Source: Moniliella sp. 'wahieum' (lineage: Eukaryota). From it: a DNA stretch of 64,000 nucleotides. The position numbers and the translations under genes are program-made. Below, piece after piece: positions 27,113-39,623 of the stretch. The DNA is taken from NCBI GenBank assembly GCA_003971905.1, contig RSEE01000004.1, forward strand, positions 806,001-870,000, written 5' to 3'. The stretch's first letter is position 1. Each line of letters starts with the position of its first letter. The notes under the pieces were generated by a model. The model saw only the letters and a program-made list of their open reading frames with translations, was not told where the DNA came from and did not search any database.

Positions 27113-29311
27113 GGTGGTGGTTGCATCCCCCTTTCTATATGCCCTCTGGGACTCTTCCTGTCGTTTTCCGTTTTACCTTTTGCTCCTGTCTATCTCTCGT
27201 CTTTTGTACTCGTCTCCCTCCACCTCATCCCAGCACGCCTTTGGAACGGACATTCGTATTGCTACAACCAGTGCGCGCCCCTGTGCAAGCCACCGGCCGA
27301 GGGCGCCACGAAGGGGGCGAAAGCAAAAATAAGCATTATCGATTATCAGAGAGCGGAGCAATGACGTATACTGGAAAGAAGCTTGTTACACGCTACGTGC
27401 AAAAGTATATCGAAACGGCCGAGTGAGATGTGCGGGGTCATCGACTTGACCAAAAAACGCGTTAAATATAACGTGTTGAACATCACGTTCATCGATCAGA
27501 GTACGTCTCGTTGCATCAAAAAGAGCGTAGATAGGCCACCCCCCCCCCATCCTCCCCTGACTGACCAGTTTTGGACTGCAGGTATACTGCCCTGTTATGC
27601 TGCCTCCACAGGCGCGCACAGGCCATCTCGTGCGATAAGGAGACCGCATCATCCTCAAAGGGCATACAACCGTTGTTTTGCGCTCCTAAGTAGTAATTTA
27701 TACGCGCGCAGCCGCTCTATTTTTTATCCTTCGTCATAATGCATCATCCCACCCGTCTTGTCGCCACGTCGCTTATAGGTTGTTGATCGAATCGCTGTTG
27801 TTGAACCCCATAAGAGTCGGCGCTACCCACAGCGACGTGGTACGCTTATATGCGCGTGCTACGCTGGGGACTCGTTTCTCTGGAGTTGTATATGCCTACT
27901 GCATTTTTACCCCTTTTCCCCGCCCCTCGTCCCAGCCACACCCATTGTATATTTCTGTGCTCCTTGGGTTAAATCCGCCCCGAGGAGACTATTCCCGGCA
28001 TATGGCGCAGCCATGTCGTGCACGCTCGTATGTGCGTGTTCCCGCATACATATCCCCCAAACACGAGACGACCAGTTGCTTGTTTAGCAGAGGGTGGCGC
28101 TCACTATTCCTGCGGTGGAGTAGTAGGGGAGCGTGCGCCAGTGGGGGAGAGGGCGCAGTAGGGCGGGGTTTGCTGTCCCACGCGAGCCTGATCACAGTGA
28201 TGATTTCAGTACCATGTATACTGCGCCGAGCAGGGAAGAGCTGCGCTGGGTCGGAATTAACTGGGTCTGAAAGGGTCCTTTCAGTGCTTTGCATCTTCTA
28301 AGATAGTCCGTGTTACGCGTTACGTGGTAAGTTTGGCGTGCAGCGCGTAGCGTGTGCGCGTCACACGCGCTGCTGCGCATTGCTAGCTAATAAGCGGGCC
28401 ATTGTGTTCGGCCGCAGGCAATCCGGAGCCCAAAGCACAAGGGGTGCTCTGGGTGTTGCCACCGGTTGCCACCGGTTGCCACCCAGCACACCCCACAACA
28501 CAGTTGTCGGATGCTCGATGCCCGAAGACGCGCAGGTCCGGCGACCGAGCTGAGACAGCGGGAGGGGTGCTACCGGTGCCACGCTGTGCGCTGGGGTGCC
28601 ATGTGCATGATTGCATCATATATGGACGTGGGTGCATGATGCACAGGATGATGTCGACTGAGTACGGGTACATGAGCGAGGTGCCAGGGGCATGGCCACA
28701 CGCAAAGCTTGGGGGCTGCGGTTAAAATGGGCGGACGCCTGCGGAGGCGCGGAGAGGCTGGGCAGGACTGGGCGGCTGGATGTACATATTGCCGAGACAA
28801 TTGGCACCCTGCCAGTGTGCGCAGCCCTCATCAGCGCATTCGCACCCGCCTCCTGCGGCCTAGTGCGTGCCCCGTAAGGGCTGCAAGGACGGCCTCGGCG
28901 CCCAGGACGCCAAGGGAAGGGTGGCGCGATGTGGTGCCAGGCCGCACGGGGGCAGCCCGAGGGCGTTGCGACTGTTCTGATCTCAGAGGAGTGTCGATGG
29001 CCATCGATGGCTGATGATCGATCTGATCGATGGTTGATGGCCGTGCAGCGCCTGTTGTGCGTGTGACGTGGATGCGTGCTGGTGCTGGGCGGGGCGGGAC
29101 TGTGCTGGTCGGGGGCACCGCCCGGCCAGCTGCATTTATATTCCGAGCCCGTGTGCGTCCCTCTACCATCGGCGTGGGTTTGCGCAGCCGCAGGTATGCT
29201 GCTCCTCTCCGCCTGTCGGCTCCAGTAGAGCACGCCGCCTTGAGTGCCCTGGCCCTCCTTTCCTTCCTCCCTCCTCCCTGCCCCCGCCCCCCCCCCTCCG
29301 CCGACACCGAC

Positions 29312-30999
29312 ATGCGCTCCCCTCCACCTTCAGCGCTTCCCGCTGCTCACCACACCACCTTTTCCGCTCATCTGCCCCCTGCCCCGTGGGAGCCATCACC
29401 GATATTCTCGCCCGATCTGTCCTGGTCCAAGCAGGCCCGGCCGCTTTCGTTTTCGTCCCTCATCCCCCCTCCGATGGGATTTCCAGTGACGATACAGCCT
29501 CCTCATCCGGTTTCCCATCCGACCCAGAAACCCAGGGGGACAATCCCGACCATGCTGCTATCTGTACCCACCCTTATCTTGGCCCATCACGCACAGATCG
29601 GTCCTCTTTGGCCTGGGACCCATCCTACTGTGAGGTCGGCCACCAGCAACGATCGGGCCAGATGCCTCGGGATTTAGGCCCGTATTCGGACTACCCAACC
29701 AGATGCTGGGCAGCGAGGGGGCAGGGCGAGGGGCCAGTCTTGGAACCCCCTACCACGGCTCCCCTCATGTCATTGCCATCGCCGTCCTTGAGCTGGGTTA
29801 ATACTCCACATGTGCCCTTGAAGCCGACGGAACGGCCGCTGGCGCACAGGCAAGGGGTACCTCACAACGTCTTCGCCTTTCTCGTCTAACACTGCTCCGA
29901 CCACGAATGCGCACTCACGTTCTCCCCCGACTCTTCCGTCGCCAATGGCCGCCTTGCCCGAGCCGGACGCAGAAAGTCATACTAACTTGGCGGAAGAATC
30001 GGCCCTTCCATCACCTTGTAAACGTCTAGGTCGAAAGGAGATCTCGATCAGTTGTGTTATCCCCGGATTTCTCTTCCTCGGGCCAGACATTGCCTGCGCC
30101 TCGGATGTGGACCTTCTGCACAACTTGGGCGTTCGAAGAATCCTCAATGTGGCGTGCGAAATCCCCGACGGCGGCGCGCCTGAACTCAACTTGCGAACGC
30201 AATTCCAACAGTATCGCCGCATTCCACTCCAAGACTCGATCCAAGCAGAAGGGGTAGAAGATGCGATTGACGAAGTTTGTGATTTTTGGGTATGTACATT
30301 TGGGACGTCCTAGAAAGCTATCGCGTTGTGCTTTCTCCTTGCTGACCCAGTTTCTCTGATAAGACAAAGCCGACAAGGAATCTGCACCCACCTACGTACA
30401 CTGCCGTGTAGGCCAAAGCCGTTCAGTGATGGTAGTAATGGCATATCTGATGTATGCCCGCCGTTGGCGGTGGAAAAGGCGTATCATTACGTTCCCTCTC
30501 ACATCCAACCGCCTCGCCAAACCTTGGTTTTGTCTCTGCATTGCTCCACTTTGAGCGTCGCCTGGGCCTCAACCCCCTCTCAGACTCGGGTGAATCGCGT
30601 GCCCAAGACGTGCAACTGACTTCGGCACCGCCTTCATCCTCTGCTGTATGTCAGCCAGGGATTAGGGATCCACCTCTCTGGTCCTCATGTCACACGCCCG
30701 GCATGGCCCGTAACCACAGCCCCCCTAGTCCTTCCACCAAGAAGGAGGGCTCGCGCGACCGTGCTCTCTCTTCGGCCAACTTTTCCTTGCCCGGGATTGA
30801 TGGCGGAAACGGGGCCCAGAAGAGTCTTGCTCCGTTGCGTCCCCACCTTCCTGTATTCACCCTAACGTCGGGACGATGGACGTTCTTTAGTCAGCACGCC
30901 GCTATCTCAAGGCCGCTTCCCCCGCCTCGTTCACGAATCTGGCCTTCGATTAACCCAGAACGACACCTCTGCCCTAGCGGTGCTACCGATCGCCCCTGA
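29312..30999 (+). CDS. Dual-specificity protein phosphatase (MAPK-phosphatase-like)
   Basis: ISCVIPGFLFLGP...LGVRRILNVA, catalytic YVHCRVGQSRS (HCX5R), PNLGFVSALLHFE. Intron ~30290-30363. Start codon uncertain. Confidence 0.82.
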
Positions 31000-31876
31000 T
31001 TGGCCAACAATGGCCTTCAGACCTGTGGTTGTGTTGATACCTCTTCACTCGGACTCTCCCTTCCCTCTTCCGTTCCCCCGCTTTTATCTTGCAGGCGCCC
31101 GAGCCCAACTCGCTTTGACGATTTGTACCCCCACCCCCCTCTCCCTTATTTTCCAATCCCTTCTCAACAAGCGAGTTCCTGAACTTTCAAACCCCTCTCA
31201 TTTCCCATCCCGCGCCACCACCTTTTGCGGCCCTGTCTTACTCTACCCCACCAATTCCCACTTGCCATTGTACTCTTCCTCTAACCTCGTCTGCATGTAT
31301 TATATGTTTAAGACACTGCACCACCGCCTCGTCTCCTCCCTGCTCTCTCTTTATTTTACTACCTGTAGATGGCTGAACTGTTGGTTCGGCCGTTGACGAC
31401 CTGATAGATGCATTTACGTTTCAGTCCATCTCCTTTTTCTGGCACTCTAGACCGACCCCTGTTTTCGTCAAACCAGACACTCATCTACACGTAGCGATGC
31501 GAGTGCCACCAGCGTGGCATGCATATACCAGACGATCCAGGTACGAAGCGCCACGGACCTCTGCTAACGAATATTAAAACAATGAATGCAGCTGCCAATG
31601 AACCGATGCTTGAAGCTTGAAGCGATATCTTTGTACGATTTTATGCGATCTTATACACTGGCACGTCCGATGGACCAAACACCTTTTGGGACCTCTACCT
31701 GGGAATTCCTACCAGAAAGCTCAATAGCGTTTAAGCTCCTACTATGCTCAGATCAAGACCCTTGCCTGATAACTTTAATCCCTCTTTCTTCTCTCGCCAT
31801 TATCACTCCTAGGCTCTTCCCCCTCACGTCGGAGGGGAATTTTTCGCTACTATAATACCGTACGAGGAGACCACCG

Positions 31877-31937
31877 GGCGTAGCGTTTCCCTGTCCCAGC
31901 TTTAAGCTTTGTCAATGATATGGATGCAGAGTAGAGA
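31877..31937 (-). mobile_element. Repeat family A copy 2 (Helitron-like 5' terminus)
   Basis: Minus strand A|TCTCTACTCTGCATCCATATCATTGACAAAGCTTAAAGCTGGGACAGGGAAACGCTACGCC. Confidence 0.6.
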
Positions 31938-32158
31938 TGCATAGCGCTTTTCCCATTTTAATATATAGTGTAGAGATAGCCTCTGACGGATGACCGCCAA
32001 TTCGTGGACCGCGAGAAGGAGCGAGAGCATCGAGAATAAACGAGCGCAGAAGACATGGAGCAAGAAAGGCGTACTGATTGTCATCACAGGGGGGGAAGAG
32101 CGAGAGAGGCGCGAAACACAAAACTTGAAGCAGTCGTGGGAAGGGGAATCATTAATCA

Positions 32159-33978
32159 TTAGGCAATATGTGTACGATAGTGAGGTACTCGCACCGATGA
32201 GATGTTACTAAGTCGTCTTCTAGGGGCGGACCGGGAGGTAGGATTCCAGTTAGAATACATGACCAGTTCACGGAAGTGGCAGGTAATGGACATGAACGTC
32301 ACAGCGGTGAAGTAAGTGGGAGACAAGACGCCAAAGACAAATATGGCGCCAATCGAGGTGAACTCGCTCCGGTTACGCATTGTGATCCCCACTGAAGTCA
32401 TGATGCAAACCATGTTGAGGGCCAAGAGCCAAACGGTGATCTTGAACCCTTCAAAGGACCGGTACAACTCACGCCACCGGTGAGGTGGATTAACCGCAAA
32501 GCTGGACACGAGCAAGGCAGAAAGTTGTGAGATAAAGTAAAAGAAAGCCTCTCGAAAAACAAGAAGGAAGAAGAGACCGGCACGGGAGATGACTTTGGTC
32601 TTCATCGCCGAAGGGTCGACTGTACCATAGGCACCATACTTTAATGAGGGGATGGCATGACGCAGCGTAACTTGGAACCAGCCCTGGGTCCAGCGCATGC
32701 GCTGTTTAACCAATGCCATGAGTGTCTCAGGTGCCGTCTCATACGATTGCACCTCAAGCATGTACTTGATCCGTGCACCGGAAACAATGGCACGTAGTGT
32801 CGAATCAATGTCTTCGGTAAGCATATGCTTTTGCATCCCGAGGGAGCGAAGCAGCGAGGCATTCCAATACCCGTTCGAACCACCAAACAAACCAAAGCGA
32901 TGCGAGCGAGCTCGTCCAGGGTGGAACACGCCATAGATCATGTCAAACTCTGCTGCGATTAAGCGAGTGAGCCACGTTTCAGAGAAGTTGTAGATACAGC
33001 ATCGACCTTGGATAATGTCCACATCACCCTTGTTAAACGCGCGAGCGACCCATTTGAGAGCGTAGCGGGGGGGTAGTGGTCAGTATCAAAAATGGCAATG
33101 ATTTCTGAATCGGATGGCAGAGAGAGGAAGTAATTGATATTGTCGGCCTTTGATGTCGAGTTGGGAACGAAATCACATGCAGATGCTTGAAAAGTGTTGT
33201 CATCTCTTGCAGCTCCGTCTCGAGAGGTTCAATAGGCTTGGGAGTGTTGTATACCACATTGATTCTCAAGCGCGAAGCTGGGTAGTCAAGCTGGGTCAAG
33301 GCATAACGGATCTGCCTCTTGATGATGTATTGCTCATTGGGAAGGTAGGCAACAAGCACGATGTCCATTTTGGGGCATTTGTGCTCATTCTCCTTTCCAT
33401 CCAAGTCCGGGAAGCCAACCTTGGCGACTTTGCGACGAGCCCGCCGAGACTCAATATTAGGCCGGATGGAGGCAGTGGCTTCACCGAGGACAGCGATGAC
33501 AACAAATGTCTGGATCCCAATGTAAGCGTACCACAGCCCCGCGTTGAGCGATGCCGGGATAAGGATGTAGAAGAAGAGGCTGGAAACAAAGTACGTGATC
33601 ATCAACGTGAGAGGGGTCCCTGCAAAGACGCAACAGTCACGTTAGCTTAGTCCAAGCAAAAACTCCATATGGGGAGTGCACCACACATACATCCAATGAT
33701 CCATGTTGATGCACGTTCAAACGAAGGAAGGCGCACCAGGGATGTCATGGTCGGATCTTTCGTAGGGGGGGGGGGACGCCCAAAGGAAAAGGGGAGTCGC
33801 GGCGGAAGGGATGTTGTATTGTCCGTGCCAGGCCGTGGAGAGCTGGTCTTTCAGTTTAATGAGGAACAAGCTTTTATACTTCGTACAACTTTGCATAGTT
33901 CCCGATAAAAGCTTTTCCGTTGAACTTTGACTATAGTGACTTGTTTTCACAGTACTTGACGTATTACGGCTGTGACAT
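32159..33978 (-). CDS. Processive GT2 glycosyltransferase (cellulose-synthase-like, membrane-bound)
   Basis: LVAYLPNE, IIQGRC, FGGSNGYW, LTEDID and QRMRW (QxxRW) motifs with N- and C-terminal TM segments. Intron 33690->33621 GTATGT...GCTAAC...TGCAG. Start uncertain. Confidence 0.88.
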
Positions 33979-34159
33979 GTGACGTCGGCAACGGTGTTTC
34001 AATCGCAGACGATCGGTACGCGCCATGTCACAGTCGGTATAATCATCCGGTTCACTTGCATCACCTGGGCCACTAAAATTGCCTATTGCCTGCTTTATGA
34101 CCTTTACCGCCGACATGAGAGGCCGGAGACGAGGCCAGGCGTGATTCATGGTGGGCCCG

Positions 34160-37100
34160 ATAATCGATGATAAACGATAAAACGTTAAACACGTTAAACG
34201 TTAACGTTAAACCCTTACTCAGTACTCACATCTGATGCATGTGATGAATGAATGATCAATGATTAATCGATTGCCAATGTTTCAATTACTGCTCCTAAGG
34301 CCTAAGGCCTAAGGCCTAAAGCTAGCTCCTGCAGCTTACTATCGCTTCGCGATCGTCGATCGGACATCGAATATTAATACCCGACTGGGAAACTTGAAGC
34401 TTCACTCAGTACTCAGAGCTTCACCAGCTGTCAGTGACTAGTGGTGACTAGACCTCTGACGTTCTGGAACTGAGGTATGCTGGGATCAGACTGAGCGCTG
34501 AGCCTCAGCAGCCTCAGGCTGAGGCTTGAGGTGCTGGGGCAAAACAGCTGTTGGGGGAACACAGCGAATGGGTACGAACTCAACAACGATCTCTCTTCGT
34601 GGCCGAACAGATGCACAAGGGAAAAGTGATGCTTTACCACAGGTTATACCACCCACCTTTTGAGTACATACTCTCGATTGCCACACGCATTTTTAAACAA
34701 TATAATGAGAGGCAACTGGCGGCGTTTTGCATTGCACATGAGCGACAGAGAGGCTATAGAGCCAAGATTGCTGGGCCATCCACAGGAAGAGAGCAAGGAA
34801 AGAAAAGCACCGAAGGGATTCAGTGGCTTTTTTGGAAACCTGTGTATGTCATCATGTCATATGTCCACATGTCATGATGTATAGAAACCAGAGATGACGG
34901 GTTCAGGCCCACCTGGTCATACATAGTCACCAGGTTTGTTGGAGCCTCATCATTTGTTCTAGACCTTGTTCTTCCTTTGCCTATGATATGATCCCCTTTC
35001 TTTTCTCTGTGTGATTCAGCTCGCCTGTTATCTTCTCCGAGGTGGATATATCATCGCCTCCTTTGTCCTCAATGATATGATTATGTGTGTGTTGCATTGC
35101 ACATGAGCGCTGAGCTAGTACAGAGGCTAGAGAAATATTCCCGCGCCCTTCCTGAAGGAGTAGTATTGGAAAGAATGAACCGGAAAACGACCCGAACTTG
35201 GGCTACCACGCAGCGCCACTACACCAGTGTAGCCCCATACATGATCACAAAGTCCGCGGAGCGCACCCGACACACCCTGCCACACCCCAACGATGCGGAA
35301 CACACACGAAAGGACTGGGTTAAGCTCCGTGCACAGCACTCGGTACGAGGATTCTGTTGGCCTACGCTCATTTTGGAGTGCGTACTCAGTAACCTCTCTG
35401 AGTGAGAATATCTTTTGACTGAGTATTAAACCAACTACAAGAGTAACCTCAGGAGGTCAGGCCCTCAGGCTTCAGGTTAAACGTTAATGCCTCGGAAGTA
35501 CTCGCGTATACTGTTGAAACAGTAGGTTACGCGACTGGCATAGTTTGGCTGATCTCACTGGCTTACTTCCCATTTCCATTTCTCCGTTCCGAAGGTCTCG
35601 CTCCTTCCCTGTTCTTCCGCTCTCACCGTGTCCTCTGCTCTTGCTTCTTCCCCACGAGCGATTGCTACATCCCTTGGCCTAGTCCCGACTCTGGTCTACC
35701 TCGCCTTGGCCCCGAGAGACTGTGACAGCGACGGTTGGCCGGTTACCGGTTACGCGCGGTTACGCGTTAAGTGTTACGCGTTACGCGTTTTAATTACGAG
35801 TCCTAAGGTTTCAGGTTTCAGATCTCAGACCTCGGCGCTACCGTGTGACTGGTTGCTACCTGAGGTTCAGGCCTGTGAGCCTGATCGATGATCATCGATC
35901 ATCGATCAATGCTCGATTGCCAGCGCTTCAGGCTGAAGCTCTGACGCGTGGCGCGTGACGCGTGACGGTTAAGTTGCGGGCTCTGCGGTCAGACATTGCC
36001 CCGGCGTGTCTCGTATTCATCCTCGCTGTCACAATCATCATCTCTCCATGCCATACTGCATACCCGGCCATACGAGCCCAAGCCCCATTTTCTCAACTCG
36101 ACAACACACTCACTCACAGTACGCCCAATATTCAAAACATGTTCGACGTCCTCAGGCTGAGTCTTGAGCGCCTGAGCCTAGGCCGTAGGCGTCGACGTCC
36201 TCGATCCTCCAACACGTGTATAGTATTGAGTCTCGGAACAGTCTCGGCACCCATATTCGTATGCTTATTGGTATAAATATAATCGGTACGCGGTGCCGAC
36301 TGTAAACCAGCGTTCCGCACAGCTTTTTAGTGTGGCATGTTTGGCATGGATACTATCGTTGACATGTCTGTGTGGCAAGTATGCCACAGAGGTCACATGC
36401 TCATAATATCCGAGAGATACTTGATGCACTCCGAGATCTGAGATCTGTGATCACACTGTCACATGCCCTGTCGCACGACGGGTGTGATGTGAACGGGTGG
36501 ACAGCCTTGGACAGCTGACCAATGCCTGGCTCAATATATAGCTTCCTTCCTGAGGCCTGATTATCGATTATCCATTAATGCAGGCTACTATGTCAAGCTC
36601 GCAAGTCAGAATGATTCATGAGCATCGAGTCTCTCACAGTGTCCACACTGGTGCACTCATACTCATCAGTACCATCAGTCGTGCGCTCACATTAAATAGT
36701 CACAAGATTGATGATATTGATGCGGGGTTGCCTGTGACATGTGCATGTGATGGTCATGCACATGGTTGCTCTTGGGTGTTTAGGTAGCGCAGGCTGAGCG
36801 CATCTAAAAGATCTTGCTGGTTACCGGTCACCGATCATGCATCATGCATCATGGACGGTTCGGGCTGTATTGCAGTCTCGATCTCACCCCCGAAAAAACA
36901 GGAACCGAAGCCCTCGTCCGCCAGATGAGACGTCACATGCACATGTCACATGTCACAGTCACGCGTCACACAGCTGAGAAAAGTGCGGACCCGCCGGCTT
37001 GGCAAAAGCTGTGGTATGCAGCACTACCAGAATACGTCCGAGCGATGGAGACACCGAGGATCTAAGAGTGGAGGGTTTTGTCACTTATTCATGCTTACCG

Positions 37101-37270
37101 CTTAATCCTACCCGCATGGCATAGCACTTGATTGAATACAGTACACATGTGATCTACTTCCAGTTTTTGCCGAACGCGCCGCACGTACACAAAAAATGCG
37201 AGTCTTGTGTTATAGTATGTCTGAGCTACCATTCACTGAGTACTGATGGTTACTATGGTGATAATCGGTA
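34160..37270. repeat. Dense cluster of TNA + 4-bp-palindrome heptamer arrays
   Basis: ccTAAggccTAAggccTAAggccTAA (34294-34319); ccggTTAccggTTAcgcg...TTAcgcgTTAcgcg (35739-35787); ggTTAccggTCAccgaTCAtgcaTCAtgcaTCAtg (36819-36853); catgTCAcatgTCA (~36942). Confidence 0.85.
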
Positions 37271-37482
37271 ACCTCTACCGATTCTTGTTCTATGTTGATC
37301 GCCAATGCCAAGGGGCCGGGAGGAGCGCTCTGGAGTGGGGACACGCAAAATTCATCATGGACTGAACCCTCTCCACACATCAGGCCCGGTTTTCTTATTT
37401 GCGAGCATACAAGACGCAGCGTTCCTTCTTCTTCTGGCCCACCACCGCGTCTCTTCACTAATACCCGCAACTACTGTACTCC

Positions 37483-39020
37483 ATGCAACTCTTCTCCGCG
37501 TTGCGAGGAACGTCTGAAAAGACCAGCGAAAAGACTGACAAGGCCAAAAAGCATGCCGATGATCCCATGGACGGTCCAGTGTCCGAAAGGGGGTATAAGA
37601 AGCTCGTGACGCCAGATGAGCTCAAAGCAATTACGCCATTTGCCTTTACTAACGATTCATCTAACGATCTCGGCCGTTCTTATTCTGATCGTCTGCCCTA
37701 CATCGAGGGACTTCGAGGCCTTATTGCCTTCGAGGTTTGCTTATGGTCCTTCTTCCGCATCCTCGCCCCGGGTATGCATTTCACCCCCCCCCCCCCTTAT
37801 TTTGGGGCCGTCACTGACTCGTGTTTCCAATAGCCATTGCCGCTGATACGGACGAGTTCAACGTCCGGCCAGCACCCTTTCTTGATCACGCGCCTCAATG
37901 GCATAGCAGGGTACGCAAGGTTTGTCAGCCCTTGCTATGGGACGGCAGCCTGCAGGCGACTTTTTTCTTTCTCATATCCGCTCGTGTCAACGTCCACACG
38001 TTCATCGAGCGCCGTAACAACACCTCCGTTGCTGGTGCTGCCTTTCGCCGTCCTATTCGCATCTACTTCCCTCTTGTGATCGCCTTGGCTTGCGTGACCA
38101 TCATGTCATCTCAGAATGCGTTTAGTACCGCGGAATCTCTGGCTGGCGAAATGGAAAACACTTTTGCGCCCCGGCGGCCAAATGGACAAGCGTACTCACC
38201 TTCTTGGACTCGTTCACCGCTTACGTCTTTGACAATACGAACGCCATCCATACGGTTCCCATGGATTTCTTCCCGCCTCGCGGTGTAATCTGGACTGTTA
38301 CTCGAAACTTTATTCAGACCTACTCGCTTTACCCATTCGCCATTCTCCTTCCCTTCATTCGCGGATGGCCCAAGCTCTATTTTGGGTTTATTCTTTGGCT
38401 TTGGTCCTGGTGGCTTGGGAACTTTTCTTACTACACTCTGAGCGGGCTCTTTTTAGCTGAAGCGGTCGTAGTATACGATCTTGGTTCGCTCACTACCAAA
38501 AAGGTGTTCAAAGTTGTGCCTGTTTGGACTATCCCGGTTTTTTGGCTATGTGTCGGAGTGACGCTCAAGTATGTGTTTGGTGATGCTTTCCCGGACCATC
38601 GAAACGAATGGGTCGTCCATGACGACTCGCAGACGGGGTTGCTCAAGACTGGTTTAATCCCTCGGCAACTGGGTACCTCGCATTGACGACTGGTTTGTTG
38701 CAGCAAATGCGTTGGTCCTTTTGGAGATGTTCAGTTGGGCACGTTTCCTCTTTGCCAAGAACCCCGTTCTCCGTTTCCTAGGCGGATATCATACTCTCTC
38801 TTCCTCGTCGAGGGTGCAATTTTCCAATCTCTTGGTCCCCTCATTTGGAAGCACATGGTCTTCTGGCCACCAAACCGGCTCAGCCGCAATGATTGCAGCT
38901 CAATTCTTTGCCTGTGTCCCGCTCGCCATTGCTGTTGCCACGATCTTTCATATTGTGGTCGAGATGCCCACCGACCGATTTGCCCGATGGGCCTACATTT
39001 GGATTACCAAGGAAGATTGA
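37483..39020 (+). CDS. Acyltransferase-3 (OafA-like membrane O-acyltransferase)
   Basis: RLPYIEGLRGLIA, TFFFLISARV, FRRPIRIYFP, LRFLG(R)ISYSLFL, FHIVVEMP; multiple TM helices. Intron ~37772-37832. Confidence 0.83.
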
Positions 39021-39535
39021 CGCGTGCATATTAGGCCGTGCGTCTTCTGCGTGCGGACCACTAGTACACGCATCTAATACACACACTCTCAACCGTAGAG
39101 ATCCCTTACTACTACGCACACATAGTCGTCATCAATGGGTACACCTTCTGTTGGGTCCTGACCCTCGGTCCTATGCTCCTAATGGTGAAGTAATGTTACT
39201 TTCTTCATTTTTCGTCTTCCATATCGGCATATATCCATTCCCAATGGACTTGTGCATATTACGGTTGTTAGTTTTCCTGAATGTGGCATCGACTTTTTCA
39301 GTATAATGTTGTCTCTACGAACTGGTTTTTCTCATCAATATAGCCAGTGCTCTTAGCTTGTCTCTCTCTCTCTTTATTATGTGGACAGATGGCAAATGAG
39401 CATCACATCCGTATAGTGATGACGGCTCTGTATGGGAAAAAAAAGAGTGGAAGCGAGAGTGAAGCTACTAGTGAGGCCCTTTTCACAACACATAGTATCT
39501 TGGTTGGGGTTTGGCGGCATTATCGTACCAAGTAA

Positions 39536-39623
39536 CACACGCCAGATGAACGGGTCGGTTTAGGTGTAGCGTTTCCCTGTCCCATCCTTAAGCTCTGTCG
39601 ATGATATGGATGCAGTACAGGGG
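39536..39623 (-). mobile_element. Repeat family A copy 3 (Helitron-like 5' terminus, degenerate end)
   Basis: Minus strand A|CCCCTGTACTGCATCCATATCATCGACAGAGCTTAAGGATGGGACAGGGAAACGCTACACCTAAACCGACCCGTTCATC. Confidence 0.6.

Noticed and set aside
39536..39623. Family A or the LTR repeat as hammerhead ribozyme or 5S rRNA
   Set aside because: No CTGANGA core paired with GAAA, and no 5S consensus on either strand.
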